Shown here piece after piece: positions 1-9,608 of a stretch of 64,000 nt of DNA (position 1 is the stretch's first letter; the number at the start of each line of letters is the position of its first letter). This DNA is from an uncultured delta proteobacterium (lineage in GTDB: Bacteria > Desulfobacterota > Desulfobulbia > Desulfobulbales > JAGXFP01): contig CAWEAD010000008.1 of assembly GCA_963807225.1 (NCBI GenBank), positions 200,586 through 264,585 of the forward strand, given 5' to 3'. The position numbers and the translations under genes are program-made. A model generated the notes under the pieces. It had not been told where the DNA came from, searched no databases, and was given only the letters and a program-made list of their open reading frames with translations.

Positions 1-2
1 TA

Positions 3-242
3 AAAGATTTCGATCTGCCCGATGCGGTGCTGACCGCGGTGGAATCTCGCACCTCCTCGCCGCTTCGCATCACCCGCCACGACTCCGACCTGCAGAGCAT
101 TAACACCGGAGGGCTCTACCCTACCGGCGAAGGCGCCGGTTATGCGGGCGGGATCCTCTCCTCGGCTGTGGACGGAATCAAGGTTGCCGAAGCGGTGGCC
201 TTAAGCCTGCTGGCCGGTGCGGCTTCCGGTGAGCGGGTTTAG
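3..242 (+). CDS. FAD-dependent oxidoreductase, C-terminal fragment (gene begins upstream of window)
   Basis: Frame is open from nt 3. The tail SSPLRI...GLYPTGEGAGYAGGILSSAVDGIKVAE is typical of COG2509-type FAD-dependent dehydrogenases. Stop at 240-242. Confidence 0.6.
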   Translation, partial: KDFDLPDAVLTAVESRTSSPLRITRHDSDLQSINTGGLYPTGEGAGYAGGILSSAVDGIKVAEAVALSLLAGAASGERV

Positions 243-251
243 CCGCTAGCC

Positions 252-2261
252 ATGGTCAGTCTCGACTTGCAGACGCCAACCCTTGAGTCGCCAGCCGAAC
301 CGGCCAACGATTTCTACCTGATTTTTCCGCCCATGGCCGATCCGACCCAGGCCTATGTGGGGCTGCCCGTCCTCAAGGGCTATCTGCGCCGGCGCAACAT
401 CGATATACGCCTGCGGGATTACAATATCGAGGGTCTCTACTTCCTCCTGGCCGCGAAAACCCGGCAGGAATGGCAGCATAGGCTACGCGAGCGCTTGCAG
501 GTCTTGAACAACAGGAAGACCTTGAGTCTCTATGAGCAGATGGAGTACCACCGGCTGGCCGCAGCGTTGCCGCTCTGTCGCGATTTTTCCGATTGTCTCG
601 CCGTCATGCAGGACCCGCACCGGTTCTATCATAAGAAAACCTATCTCCGGGCTCGGGACGGTTTTGAGGATCTTTTTCAAGTGCTGGAAGCAGTCTATTT
701 CCCCTTCCGCTTCAGCTTCAACCGCGCCGACCACCTGGTGGCGCCCTGGGATTTCCAGCTGCTGGAACTATATCTGGCGGAGAGGCGCAGCCCCTTTGAC
801 CGGTTTTATCGGCAGCAACTGGATCAGCTCTCCGCTCCTGATTTTATCGGCCTCTCCCTTACCTTTGTCTCCCAGATCCCGGAAACCTTTTATCTCAGCC
901 GCTTAATCAAGCAGCGGTTCCCGGACTGCTTCGTGATGCTGGGCGGCCCCTGTATCGATCAGATCATCAGGAACTGCGACCGGGAGACAGTCAGCCGGAT
1001 TTTCGATTATGTCGATGCGGTGGGGTTGCAGGAAGGCGAAAAAACCCTGGAACAGCTGCTGCCGCTCTTGCAGGAGACTAGTCCCGGAGCAGAGCGCTTC
1101 GCCGCCATTCCAAACCTGATGATGAAGGGAGCGATGTCCGATACCCTGGTGCAAGGCCCCGGTGCGACCTTTGATCTGGGCGAGGCGGCCAGGCCCGACT
1201 ACGGTGATCTGGATTTGGACCGCTATCTGGCGCCGGAGCGGCTTCTGCTCTATAGCCCGACCCGGGGCTGTTATTGGAACAAATGCTCTTTCTGCAGCTA
1301 TGGCTTCAATCAGTCCGGCCGCCATGCCTATCGTGAGATCCCAGTAGCCCGGGCGGTTGCCGATCTGAAGGCTCTGCAGCAGGAATTCGGGGTCAGCAAT
1401 TTCTATCTCTCCGCCGATGTCCTCTCCCCCGCCTATACCATGGCCCTGGCCCAGGGGATAATCGAGGCGAACCTTTCGATGCACTGGTCCACCGACCTGC
1501 GCATCGAAGCCGCCTATACCCCGGAACGGTGTCGCCTCCTTTACCAGGCGGGCCTCCGTAGTGTGGCCTTCGGCATTGAAAGCGGCTCCGACCGGGTTTT
1601 AAAGCTGATGAACAAAGGGATAAACACGGAACTGATCCGCCATATCAACCGGAATTTCCATCAGGCCGGGATCTCCACCAGTTGGATGACCTTCCTCAAT
1701 CATCCCGGGGAAATGGGGCAGGAGGCGGCGGCGACCCTGGAGCTGATCGAACAAGAAAGCAGTCTGGTCGATCAATTTATCGCCGGCGAATTTAACCTGA
1801 CGCCGGGTTCCCTCATCTCCTGCCATCCCGAGCAATATGGCATCACCGCGGTCTTCCACACCCAAGGTGATGTTTTCCGACTTTTCCCGCTGTTCCGCGG
1901 GAGGGAAGAGGCTGCTCCGGATGCTGAGCACGACACCTTGGACGGCCAGATCGATAATCTCTCCCAGCGTTACCACCTGGATCATTACCCTTGGGCCGGA
2001 GCTATTTCCACCCATCACTCCTTTCTCTACCTGCTCGACTCCAACCCCAGGGTTTTTGCCCAGCCTTGGCCGCGCCCCGACCGAAAAGTGCGCCCGCAAA
2101 GCGGCAATCTCCCCTTCAAGCTGAAATTTTCCCAGGCGGATTGTCGGCGACGCGAGCAGTCCTTTATGAACCGATATCTTCGCGAGGCCTTGCAACCGAG
2201 CCCAAACGGTCGGGCTCCTTTAAGTTTCGAACACTTCCAAAAAGCCCTGCTGAAAAGCTGA
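252..2261 (+). CDS. B12-binding-domain radical SAM protein (class B rSAM), 669 aa
   Basis: CxxxCxxC cluster motif in RGCYWNKCSFCSYG. The N-terminal YLIFPPMADPTQAYVGLPVLKGYLRRRNIDIRL resembles the cobalamin-binding domain of class B rSAM enzymes. GIESGSDRVLKLMNKG is a typical rSAM core motif. Confidence 0.8.
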   Translation: MVSLDLQTPTLESPAEPANDFYLIFPPMADPTQAYVGLPVLKGYLRRRNIDIRLRDYNIEGLYFLLAAKTRQEWQHRLRERLQVLNNRKTLSLYEQMEYHRLAAALPLCRDFSDCLAVMQDPHRFYHKKTYLRARDGFEDLFQVLEAVYFPFRFSFNRADHLVAPWDFQLLELYLAERRSPFDRFYRQQLDQLSAPDFIGLSLTFVSQIPETFYLSRLIKQRFPDCFVMLGGPCIDQIIRNCDRETVSRIFDYVDAVGLQEGEKTLEQLLPLLQETSPGAERFAAIPNLMMKGAMSDTLVQGPGATFDLGEAARPDYGDLDLDRYLAPERLLLYSPTRGCYWNKCSFCSYGFNQSGRHAYREIPVARAVADLKALQQEFGVSNFYLSADVLSPAYTMALAQGIIEANLSMHWSTDLRIEAAYTPERCRLLYQAGLRSVAFGIESGSDRVLKLMNKGINTELIRHINRNFHQAGISTSWMTFLNHPGEMGQEAAATLELIEQESSLVDQFIAGEFNLTPGSLISCHPEQYGITAVFHTQGDVFRLFPLFRGREEAAPDAEHDTLDGQIDNLSQRYHLDHYPWAGAISTHHSFLYLLDSNPRVFAQPWPRPDRKVRPQSGNLPFKLKFSQADCRRREQSFMNRYLREALQPSPNGRAPLSFEHFQKALLKS

Positions 2262-2795
2262 GCGGGCTCAGAGGTTGCGTCCCGTGTTCCCGCGTGGGAC
2301 TTTGGTATCTGGTTTAACTTTCTGCTTTTTGCCTGGATCATATCCTCATGAAAACCTCGCAGCCATTATCCGGGAACATCTGGATGCCGTATGTGCCGAA
2401 GAGTTAGAGAAAAGTCCCTGTATCCGAGCCGATATCAGCTTCCTGTTCTACTGCCTCAGCGTTTGATTTGGTTACGCAATAGACCCGGATTACTGATTTT
2501 CAGCGGCATATACCCCTATCATGAAAATGAATTTTTATTGGTGTTGCGGATAAGTTAAAAATAAATTATGCAGAATCCTGTAAACCGGACTTTGCAGGTT
2601 AGAAGAGGCACAATGAAAAGTAAAGGTCTTGGTGCGCGCCTCCCTGAAGATAGAGATCGAGTTGAATGTTCTTCGCGAAATATCGACGAATATGGCTCGC
2701 GACTCAACTCAGCTGAATATTACTTGTTTCTCTGGAAATGTTAATGAATTAGCAGTATGAAACTAAGTTTGTTCTAGAAATGATGGGTTATTGGT

Positions 2796-3011
2796 ATGAT
2801 AAACAAGGGTTGCAATTGTGATTTGCCGAGAGATACATTGCATTGTAATAAATGCAATCATGTATTCTGTGGTTCATGCGAAGTAGTAATGAAACATATT
2901 AATTTTTCAGATATAAATAATGCTCCGAAAAAGTCGTGCCCGAATTGCTTTAGTACTGATCTGTATAGAAAAATGACGGTTAAGCAGAATAACGATTCTG
3001 CTGTGTCTTAG
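2796..3011 (+). CDS. hypothetical 71-aa eight-cysteine (zinc-finger-like) protein in an AT-rich islet
   Basis: ORF with Cys pairs C6xC8, C17xxC20, C25xxC28, C48xxC51 plus His16/22/34. It is followed by a strong bidirectional terminator. No family recognised, so coding status is uncertain. Confidence 0.35.
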   Translation: MINKGCNCDLPRDTLHCNKCNHVFCGSCEVVMKHINFSDINNAPKKSCPNCFSTDLYRKMTVKQNNDSAVS

Positions 3012-3121
3012 ATTAGAAGAATCTGTAAATATTCTCTGGAATAATTAAAGCATTGCCTCGGTGGGCGCGGGTGCCGCTAAATAATTTCAAGCGGCGGTAG
3101 CCGGAGCTCTTCTGGCAGTGG

Positions 3122-3170
3122 AATTAAACCAATGGCCTGCATCGATTCGCTGCAGGCCATTGGTTTAATT
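3122..3170. terminator. bidirectional intrinsic terminator between convergent genes
   Basis: Perfect 20-bp inverted repeat AATTAAACCAATGGCCTGCA / TGCAGGCCATTGGTTTAATT with a 9-nt loop. The GC-rich core is flanked by an A-tract on one side and a U-rich arm on the other. It lies 27 nt downstream of the GIY-YIG stop. Confidence 0.55.
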
Positions 3171-3197
3171 AGGGTTGAAAATTTGTGGAGGGGTCTG

Positions 3198-3464
3198 TTA
3201 TTTAAAGGCCTGCCCGGCAATCAGCGCCAGTTTGGCTGCTCGATCCAACTTTTTGAGCCGGTACTCGAAGCGGGCGGCGTTGGCGCGGTCGGGGAACTCT
3301 CGGCTGTACACCAAGGTCACCGGTCGACGGGTTCTGGTGTAGCGGGCACCGTCCCGGCCTTCGTTGTGTTCTCGCAAGCGGCGGGCGAGATCAGTGGTGA
3401 TGCCGCAGTAGAGGCTGCCGTCTTTACAGCGCAGCAGATAGGCATACCAAGTGTCTGCCGGCAT
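3198..3464 (-). CDS. GIY-YIG nuclease superfamily protein (UPF0213/YhbQ-like), 88 aa
   Basis: WYAYLLRCKDGSLYCGITTDLARRLREHNEG matches the GIY...YxG...R...H/N core of small GIY-YIG proteins. Confidence 0.8.
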   Translation of the reverse strand: MPADTWYAYLLRCKDGSLYCGITTDLARRLREHNEGRDGARYTRTRRPVTLVYSREFPDRANAARFEYRLKKLDRAAKLALIAGQAFK

Positions 3465-3474
3465 CGGTGGTTGC

Positions 3475-3903
3475 TTAGCCGATCTCGACCAGTTTGATTT
3501 CGAAATTCAGGTCTTGTCCGGCCAGCGGGGGGTTGGCGTCTAATGAGATGGTTTCGTCTCCGACGTCAACTACCTCGACCATGATAATCTCGCCATTGGG
3601 GCCGCCCATCTGCAGTTTCAGGCCTAGTTCCGGTTTAATATCCGGCGGGACCTGATCGCGGGGCACGGTGATGACCAGATCCTCGTTTCGGCGCCCGTAA
3701 GCCTTGTCCATCGGAATATTGACCTTCTTGCTCTCGCCCACAGTCATGCCCAGGACGGCCTCTTCGAAACCTGGAATCACCTGGCCGCCTCCCAGCTTGA
3801 AGCCGAGGGGGTCTCTGTCATTGGATGTGTCGAAGACACTGCCATCGTCGAGGGTGCCGGTGTAATGGATTTTTACGGTGTCGCCATTTTTGGCAGTAGT
3901 CAT
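3475..3903 (-). CDS. FKBP-type peptidyl-prolyl cis-trans isomerase (SlyD-like, with insert-in-flap)
   Basis: VKIHYTGTLDDGSVFDTS...GGGQVIPGFEEAVLGMTVGE...PLAGQDLNFEIKLVEI is a textbook FKBP/SlyD pattern. Confidence 0.9.
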   Translation of the reverse strand: MTTAKNGDTVKIHYTGTLDDGSVFDTSNDRDPLGFKLGGGQVIPGFEEAVLGMTVGESKKVNIPMDKAYGRRNEDLVITVPRDQVPPDIKPELGLKLQMGGPNGEIIMVEVVDVGDETISLDANPPLAGQDLNFEIKLVEIG

Positions 3904-4069
3904 TTTTTTCTCCTCTTGTTGGTCCGTACGCTTCCTGTTTAGGAAGGGCGGATGTTGACCGGTTAAAATTTAACTAAAGTTCGAAATATAACACAGGTGT
4001 CCGGCAATTGATACCCGGGATGGGATTTTTGGGGGTTTTTCGCGCAGATTGAGGTTCGGAGCTGGAGCG

Positions 4070-5104
4070 TTATTCCGCGCCATCATGTCTAGAGGTAAAG
4101 AACTGGCATTCCAGGGCCATGGTGAAAACCCCGACTGCCTGACGGGTTTTCTGGTCTTCCTCCAGCGGCAAAAGCAATTCCGGTTCAATTTCGAAAAACA
4201 GCCACGGCCTCAGGAAATTCCGCCGGTAACGGCTGGCTATCCGGTAGGTGGTGATCAGATCCGGTCTGGTTAGTCCGTAGACGCCCAGATCAAGTGATAA
4301 GGCGCTCTTTGGGGTAAGTTGCCGGAAAAAACTGGTTTCCACCCCCCAGTGCAGACCGCTTTCGTTTTCCAGATAACTGGCGAAAAAGCTGAGCCGCCCG
4401 GTGATATTGGCCGGCAGCACTCTTTCCAGATCGAGGAGCGAGGTTTCACCGGAACCGTGCAAGGTGTTCCAGTAGGCGGTTTCCGACAGACGGACGACGT
4501 TGAGCTTGCCTAGATGCATCAGACGGATATAGCGAATTCTGATATAGCTCTCCATGGGCCAGCCCACGGTCAGTCCGCCGCCGAAATGAAAACGATCCCG
4601 CAAGGTTTTATAGATCATGTAACGCAAGCCCAGTGAGGTTTGTTCCTGGTCGTCCTCGGTTAGAAGACTGGAATCTAAGTTGTCCGGTCTGGGCTCCAAG
4701 TCATCGTATCGATTGCCGCCAAAGGCGATCAGGCGCAGGCGCCTGTTGACCCTGGGCAGAATCACGTTGGCATTGACTCGCACCGGGAACTTGAAGCCTT
4801 CGCCTTCGGTGAATCGGGCGGAGGTGCGCAAGCGGACATAGGTTGCGGGTGGATCATCGTCTTCTAATCGCCGATCGCCAAAAAAATTGTCGAACCAGAG
4901 GGTAGGACCCCGTAGTTTGTCTTCCAAATAAGTGTGATAGGTGTCGAGAAAACTCATGATCCGTCCGGAAGATCGGGGTTGTTCCGCCGAGGCGAAGCTT
5001 TCCTCACCCCGGGCCCTCGGGGCGCCGAAGGCGAGAATCAGCGTCAGGAAAAACAGGAAGGTTGCGGGTGCCAGCTTAAAGCGAGTAAATGAGAAGTTTC
5101 GCAT
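4070..5104 (-). CDS. hypothetical exported protein, probably an outer-membrane beta-barrel
   Basis: N-terminal signal peptide FLFFLTLILAFGAPRARGEE. Alternating hydrophobic/polar strands with an aromatic-rich C-terminus. No family recognised. Confidence 0.55.
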   Translation of the reverse strand: MRNFSFTRFKLAPATFLFFLTLILAFGAPRARGEESFASAEQPRSSGRIMSFLDTYHTYLEDKLRGPTLWFDNFFGDRRLEDDDPPATYVRLRTSARFTEGEGFKFPVRVNANVILPRVNRRLRLIAFGGNRYDDLEPRPDNLDSSLLTEDDQEQTSLGLRYMIYKTLRDRFHFGGGLTVGWPMESYIRIRYIRLMHLGKLNVVRLSETAYWNTLHGSGETSLLDLERVLPANITGRLSFFASYLENESGLHWGVETSFFRQLTPKSALSLDLGVYGLTRPDLITTYRIASRYRRNFLRPWLFFEIEPELLLPLEEDQKTRQAVGVFTMALECQFFTSRHDGAE

Positions 5105-5304
5105 TTTGTTTATTTAAACATCCCGGGGAGATTGTCACCGCTTTTTTTATGGGGCATCATGGGTTGTAGCCAATTCGGCGCCTCTCTCGGCGGTGATTGA
5201 CTTTGCTCGAATAATCAAGCATCGTGCCGTGTTGAAGGAAGGCGGATGTTGCCGGCGGGGTTTCGGGCAATCTTAGCAGTAATTTGATCGAGGAGAGATT
5301 TGAC

Positions 5305-5934
5305 ATGGGCTGGTTCAAAAACATAAACCGCAAGTTTTTTGCCGGATTGCTGGCTGTGTTGCCTATTCTGGCGACGATATATCTGTTCTATTGGGGGGTT
5401 ACCGCCATCGAAGGTGGGCTGGCGGCGATACTGGGGATCTTTCTGCCGGAAGGGGCCTATCGTCCCGGTCTCGGACTGGTGGCCGGGGTGGTGATCATCT
5501 TTCTGGTCGGGAATCTGGTCGAGACCTTTATGGTTCGTGATCTCCTGGCCAAGGTTGAAGAACTGATCCTGAAAATTCCTGTGGTCAAGATTGTCTACGG
5601 AGCCACTCGCGATCTGCTCTCTTTTATCTCGCGGGGCAAGGAACGTGGCGGTGGACAAACAGTCTGGGTTTCCCTGGGGGTGGGTGAGCTGGTGCTGCTG
5701 GGATTTGTAACCGGTGATGACTTGAGCGATTTTGGTGAAGATTTCCGTGAGATGATCACTGTGTATCTGCCTTTCAGCTACCAGATCGGTGGTTACACCG
5801 TGGTCGTTCCGCGCCGACGGGTGGTCCCGGCCGGGATTCCGTTCGAAAAAGCGATGCGTTTTGTTATGACCGCCGGAGTAATGGAAAGCAAGTCGCACCG
5901 GAGCCGAATGAAAACGGCGATGGAGAAGCCTTAA
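5305..5934 (+). CDS. DUF502-family membrane protein
   Basis: MGWFKNINRKFFAGLLAVLPILATIYLFYW... and IPVVKIVYGATRDL are typical of DUF502. ATG at 5305 is preceded by GAGGAG. The ORF track starts at an upstream TTG (5284). Confidence 0.7.
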   Translation: MGWFKNINRKFFAGLLAVLPILATIYLFYWGVTAIEGGLAAILGIFLPEGAYRPGLGLVAGVVIIFLVGNLVETFMVRDLLAKVEELILKIPVVKIVYGATRDLLSFISRGKERGGGQTVWVSLGVGELVLLGFVTGDDLSDFGEDFREMITVYLPFSYQIGGYTVVVPRRRVVPAGIPFEKAMRFVMTAGVMESKSHRSRMKTAMEKP

Positions 5935-6040
5935 TTCCTTCAGCCTAGTCTATTTCCCTTGAAAAACCGGGGCGTGGTGGGCAGTTCATGCAATCGGTGG
6001 TAAGATTGGTTGATCGTCATCACCAACCTAAGGAGCTGAA

Positions 6041-7450
6041 ATGAAAATTACCTTCCATGGTGCGGCCCGGACCGTCACCGGTTCGCAGCATCTGCTCGAG
6101 GTCAACGGCAAAAGAATTCTGCTGGACTGCGGTCTCTTCCAAGGTAAGCGAAAAGAGGCCTTCGAGTTGAACCGCCATGGCTTCAGCGCCGGGGAAACTA
6201 TCGATGCCCTGGTGCTGTCGCATGCCCATATCGATCATTCCGGTAATATTCCCTGTCTGGTCAAAAACGGTTTCCGGGGCGATATCGTTTCCACTTCGGC
6301 CACCCGCGATCTCTGCGCCGTGATGCTGATGGATTCGGCCTACCTCCAGGAAAAAGACGTGGAATACGTCAACCGGAGACGGGCCCGTAATGGCCAGAAG
6401 CCTTTCGAGCCGCTTTACACCAAGGATGATGTGGCGGTGGCCATGAACCAGTTCACCGGCATCAGCTATAACCGGCCCCATCAGCTTTTTCCCGGCGCCG
6501 TCGTCACCCTGATCGATGCCGGTCATATGCTGGGCAGCGCCCATGTGCTGCTGGATCTCGACGACCGGGAAAAGAATCGTAAGATCCGGCTGATTTTCAG
6601 CGGCGATATCGGCCGGCCCGGCATCCCGATCATCCGCGATCCGGTGGCGCCGGTGGAAGGGTGTGAGGTTCTGATCATGGAGTCAACCTACGGCAACCGT
6701 TTGCATCCTCCTTACCCGGAATCAGAAAAAGAGTTGCAGCGGATCGTCAACGAAACCATCGAACGGGGCGGTTCGCTTTTGATTCCCGCTTTTGCCGTAG
6801 GACGGACCCAGCAAATAGTCTATGCCTTGCACAAACTGGTGATCGACGGGGCCATCCCGGAGATGCCGATTTACGTGGACAGCCCCCTGGCCACCCGCAC
6901 CACGGAGATCTTCCGCCTGCATCCTGAGGTCTATGATGCCGAGATCCGTGCCTTCATATACAACAACGGCCATGCCAACCCCTTCGGCTTCGATAATATG
7001 CATTATACCCAGTCGGTGGAGGAGTCTAAGGCCTTGAACGAGCTGAAAAAGCCAGCGGTGATCATCAGCGCCAGCGGTATGATGGAAGGCGGCCGGATCC
7101 TGCATCATTTGAAGAGCCGGATCGGCGACGCCCGCAATACCATTCTGGTTACCGGTTGGCAGGCCCCCAACACACTGGGCCGCAAGATTGTCGAGGGGGC
7201 CTCCGAGGTGAAGATCTTTGGCGAGGATTATCAGGTAGAGGCCCGAGTCGAAGTGATGACCGGCTTCAGCGGCCATGCCGACCGCGAGGGACTGCTGGCC
7301 TGGGCTGGGGCCATGCGCAATAAACCTTCTCGCACCTTTGTGGTGCATGGTGAAGAGGAGGTGGCCCTGGAGTTTGCCGGCACCCTAGAGCATCAACTGG
7401 GTTTCGCCGAGGTGCGGGTGCCGGCCCTCCACGAAAGCGTGGAAATCTAA
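6041..7450 (+). CDS. MBL-fold metallo-hydrolase with beta-CASP domain (RNA-metabolising ribonuclease family)
   Basis: HAHIDHSG metallo-beta-lactamase motif. ESTYGNR and C-terminal GFSGHAD are typical of the beta-CASP/CPSF-like family. AAGGAG SD precedes the ATG. Confidence 0.85.
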   Translation: MKITFHGAARTVTGSQHLLEVNGKRILLDCGLFQGKRKEAFELNRHGFSAGETIDALVLSHAHIDHSGNIPCLVKNGFRGDIVSTSATRDLCAVMLMDSAYLQEKDVEYVNRRRARNGQKPFEPLYTKDDVAVAMNQFTGISYNRPHQLFPGAVVTLIDAGHMLGSAHVLLDLDDREKNRKIRLIFSGDIGRPGIPIIRDPVAPVEGCEVLIMESTYGNRLHPPYPESEKELQRIVNETIERGGSLLIPAFAVGRTQQIVYALHKLVIDGAIPEMPIYVDSPLATRTTEIFRLHPEVYDAEIRAFIYNNGHANPFGFDNMHYTQSVEESKALNELKKPAVIISASGMMEGGRILHHLKSRIGDARNTILVTGWQAPNTLGRKIVEGASEVKIFGEDYQVEARVEVMTGFSGHADREGLLAWAGAMRNKPSRTFVVHGEEEVALEFAGTLEHQLGFAEVRVPALHESVEI

Positions 7451-7471
7451 GCGGATTCGGGAGGAATAGCG

Positions 7472-8557
7472 ATGTTCAAGCTCTGGCAACCGCAAGCGGA
7501 CAAGGCAGGGTTGCCGCCCGGCACCGCCATTCATATTGGCGAGATCAAAACCGACAAAGTCCGGATCAGCGTCATCGACTACAACCAGGAACAGGTGGAG
7601 AGTCGGACGGTTGAAGAAGTCGGAGAGTGCCGGCTGCTGGCCGGTCGCCGGGAGACGGTGACCTGGATCAACGTCAACGGTCTGCATCAGGTTGATATCC
7701 TGGAGAAGGTCGGGCAGTGCTTCCAGCTCCACTCTCTGACCATCGAGGACATTCTCAACACCAACCAGCGGCCAAAGTTGGACATCTTTGACGACTATAT
7801 CTATCTGGTCGTCCGTATGCCCTGGCTCGATCAGGAACAGGGCGGAATCGGTTTCGAGCAGGTTAGTTTCATCGTCTCCGGCACCCAGCTCATCACTTTC
7901 CAGGAAAGAGAAGGGGATACCTTCGATGCGGTGCGCAACAGGATCACCAAGGGCATGGGGCGGATCAGGAAAATGGGCACCGACTATCTTCTCTATGCTC
8001 TGGTCGATTCGGTGGTCGATAACTACTTCATCCAACTGGAAAGGATCGGCGAGGAGATTGAGGACCTGGAGCTGGAACTGGTTGAGAGCCCCGGGCCGAC
8101 CACCATGCGGAAAATTAACTACCTGAAGCGGGAGATGGTCATGATGCGCAAGTCGGTCTGGCCCCTGCGCGAGGTGATCAGCGGTCTGCAACGAGAGGAT
8201 GTGCCCTTCATCGGCGAGTCCATCCGCTTCTTCCTGAAGGACCTCTATGATCATACTATCCAGGTGATCGATACGGTGGAGACCTTTCGCGACGTGATCT
8301 CGGGGATGCTCGACATCTACCTCTCCTCGATCAGCAACCGGATGAACGAGATCATGAAGGTGTTGACCATCTTCGCGGCCCTGTTCATCCCCTTGACCTT
8401 TATCGCCGGTCTCTACGGCATGAATTTCAATCCGGCGGCCAGCCCCTACAATATGCCGGAACTAAGCTGGTATTACGGCTACCCGATGGCCTTGGGGATG
8501 ATGGTGGCGGTGGCCGTCGGCATGCTGTATTTCTTCAAGCGCAAGGGGTGGTTTTAG
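7472..8557 (+). CDS. corA: magnesium/cobalt transporter CorA
   Basis: YGMNF signature before the last TM helix (GLYGMNFNPAASPYNMPE), two C-terminal TM helices, 361 aa. Confidence 0.9.
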   Translation: MFKLWQPQADKAGLPPGTAIHIGEIKTDKVRISVIDYNQEQVESRTVEEVGECRLLAGRRETVTWINVNGLHQVDILEKVGQCFQLHSLTIEDILNTNQRPKLDIFDDYIYLVVRMPWLDQEQGGIGFEQVSFIVSGTQLITFQEREGDTFDAVRNRITKGMGRIRKMGTDYLLYALVDSVVDNYFIQLERIGEEIEDLELELVESPGPTTMRKINYLKREMVMMRKSVWPLREVISGLQREDVPFIGESIRFFLKDLYDHTIQVIDTVETFRDVISGMLDIYLSSISNRMNEIMKVLTIFAALFIPLTFIAGLYGMNFNPAASPYNMPELSWYYGYPMALGMMVAVAVGMLYFFKRKGWF

Positions 8558-8658
8558 AGAGCGTTAACTGAACGTGGTTATTCTCTGCAGGGCCGGTTCC
8601 GCCACTGCCAGCGACTGACATAAGACCAGTCCGCGCTAACCAGATTTGGAGGCCTGAC

Positions 8659-8895
8659 ATGATGAAAGTGAAAATGATCCTGGGCTTGATCCTGGTGATC
8701 CTGGTGGTCCTGTTTACCCTGCAGAACACTGAGGTGGTGGCGCTCCGCTTCCTCTGGTGGGAGTTCGCCATGTCAAGGATCTTGATGTTTCTCCTGGTCT
8801 TTGCGGTCGGGCTGCTGACCGGTTTCCTGCTCGGCTCCCATTTCCGCTCGCATCCGCCTGTTTCGCCGAGGCCGCCGGACACTCCGGACGCCTGA
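8659..8895 (+). CDS. LapA-domain (DUF1049) small inner-membrane protein
   Basis: Two TM helices with LFTLQNTEVVALRFLWWEF, typical of the LapA/DUF1049 domain. Pro-rich tail. Confidence 0.6.
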   Translation: MMKVKMILGLILVILVVLFTLQNTEVVALRFLWWEFAMSRILMFLLVFAVGLLTGFLLGSHFRSHPPVSPRPPDTPDA

Positions 8896-8924
8896 TTCCA
8901 ATTACTTCTTAGCACGGCGAGCCT

Positions 8925-9608
8925 TTATTTTTTCAGATTGAACAGATCCCTTAAAAGGTTGAGTCCCCCATAGACGACCATTCGGTCGCCGGCCAGGATT
9001 TCTTCGGTGGCCTTGGGGACCGGCAGCCATTTCCCTTCCCGTTCAATGCCCAGAACCAACAAGCCCTTGGCGGTCAGACGGCAGCCTGCCAGGGTCTTGC
9101 CGACTAATTCCGATTCGACGCCAATCGGCGCCTTAACCAATCCGTAACCTTCGATAAGGTGCAGGAGTTCTTCCGCCGGCGCCTCTTCGAAGGCGGGCGA
9201 TTTGATCAGCCGGGCCTCGATAAACCTTTCCCAGAGACCGATGATCTTCTGCCCGGTCATGAGCTTATAAATCAGGAACAGACCAAGCAACAGCAAGCCA
9301 CCGTTGAGCAGGGCGCCGGAACCGGTGCTGAAGATCATCGACGAGGTGGTGGTGACGATCACCGTCACCACCCCGGCGTTACCCAGAATCATCAGCCAGA
9401 TGATGATCTTGCGCCTGGTCGGGTGATTGATCACCGCTTCCGATTCCCGGGTCGTGAAGCCGGTGCCACTGAAAGCCGAAAGGGCCTGGAAGCGGGCGCG
9501 GTTCTCGTCCAGTCCGGTAAGCATCAGACCGATGGCGGCAGCCCGAACCACCAGAAATGAAACCAGGACGGTGACCAGAGTGGGAATGATAAAATAGATA
9601 CCGTTAAT
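8925..9608 (-). CDS. membrane protein with a TrkH/KtrB-like pore-loop motif and C-terminal TrkA-C (RCK_C) domain; probable non-canonical ATT start
   Basis: RFQALSAFSGTGFTT pore-loop-like motif between TM helices. The C-terminal segment GYGLVKAPIGVESELVGKTLAGCRLTAKGLLVLGIEREGKWLPVPKATEEILAGDRMVVYG is an RCK_C fold pattern. The first TM helix (INGIYFIIPTLVTVLVSFLVV) lies upstream of the first canonical start (GTG 9551). GGAGG plus a 6-nt spacer plus ATT is at 9608. Confidence 0.6.
   Translation of the reverse strand: MNGIYFIIPTLVTVLVSFLVVRAAAIGLMLTGLDENRARFQALSAFSGTGFTTRESEAVINHPTRRKIIIWLMILGNAGVVTVIVTTTSSMIFSTGSGALLNGGLLLLGLFLIYKLMTGQKIIGLWERFIEARLIKSPAFEEAPAEELLHLIEGYGLVKAPIGVESELVGKTLAGCRLTAKGLLVLGIEREGKWLPVPKATEEILAGDRMVVYGGLNLLRDLFNLKK

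Noticed and set aside
252-3011. The eight-Cys 71-aa ORF as a RiPP precursor for the adjacent class B radical SAM enzyme
   Set aside because: The two are separated by 535 bp of non-coding DNA and have strongly different base composition. The rSAM protein lacks a Cys-rich SPASM/twitch C-terminal domain. The peptide's paired CxxC spacing looks like structural zinc sites rather than a leader-core architecture.
3122-3170. The 20-bp perfect inverted repeat as a MITE/REP-type mobile repeat or recombination site
   Set aside because: It occurs only once in the window, between convergent genes. Its GC-rich core is flanked by an A-tract and a U-rich arm, which is the standard design of a bidirectional intrinsic terminator.
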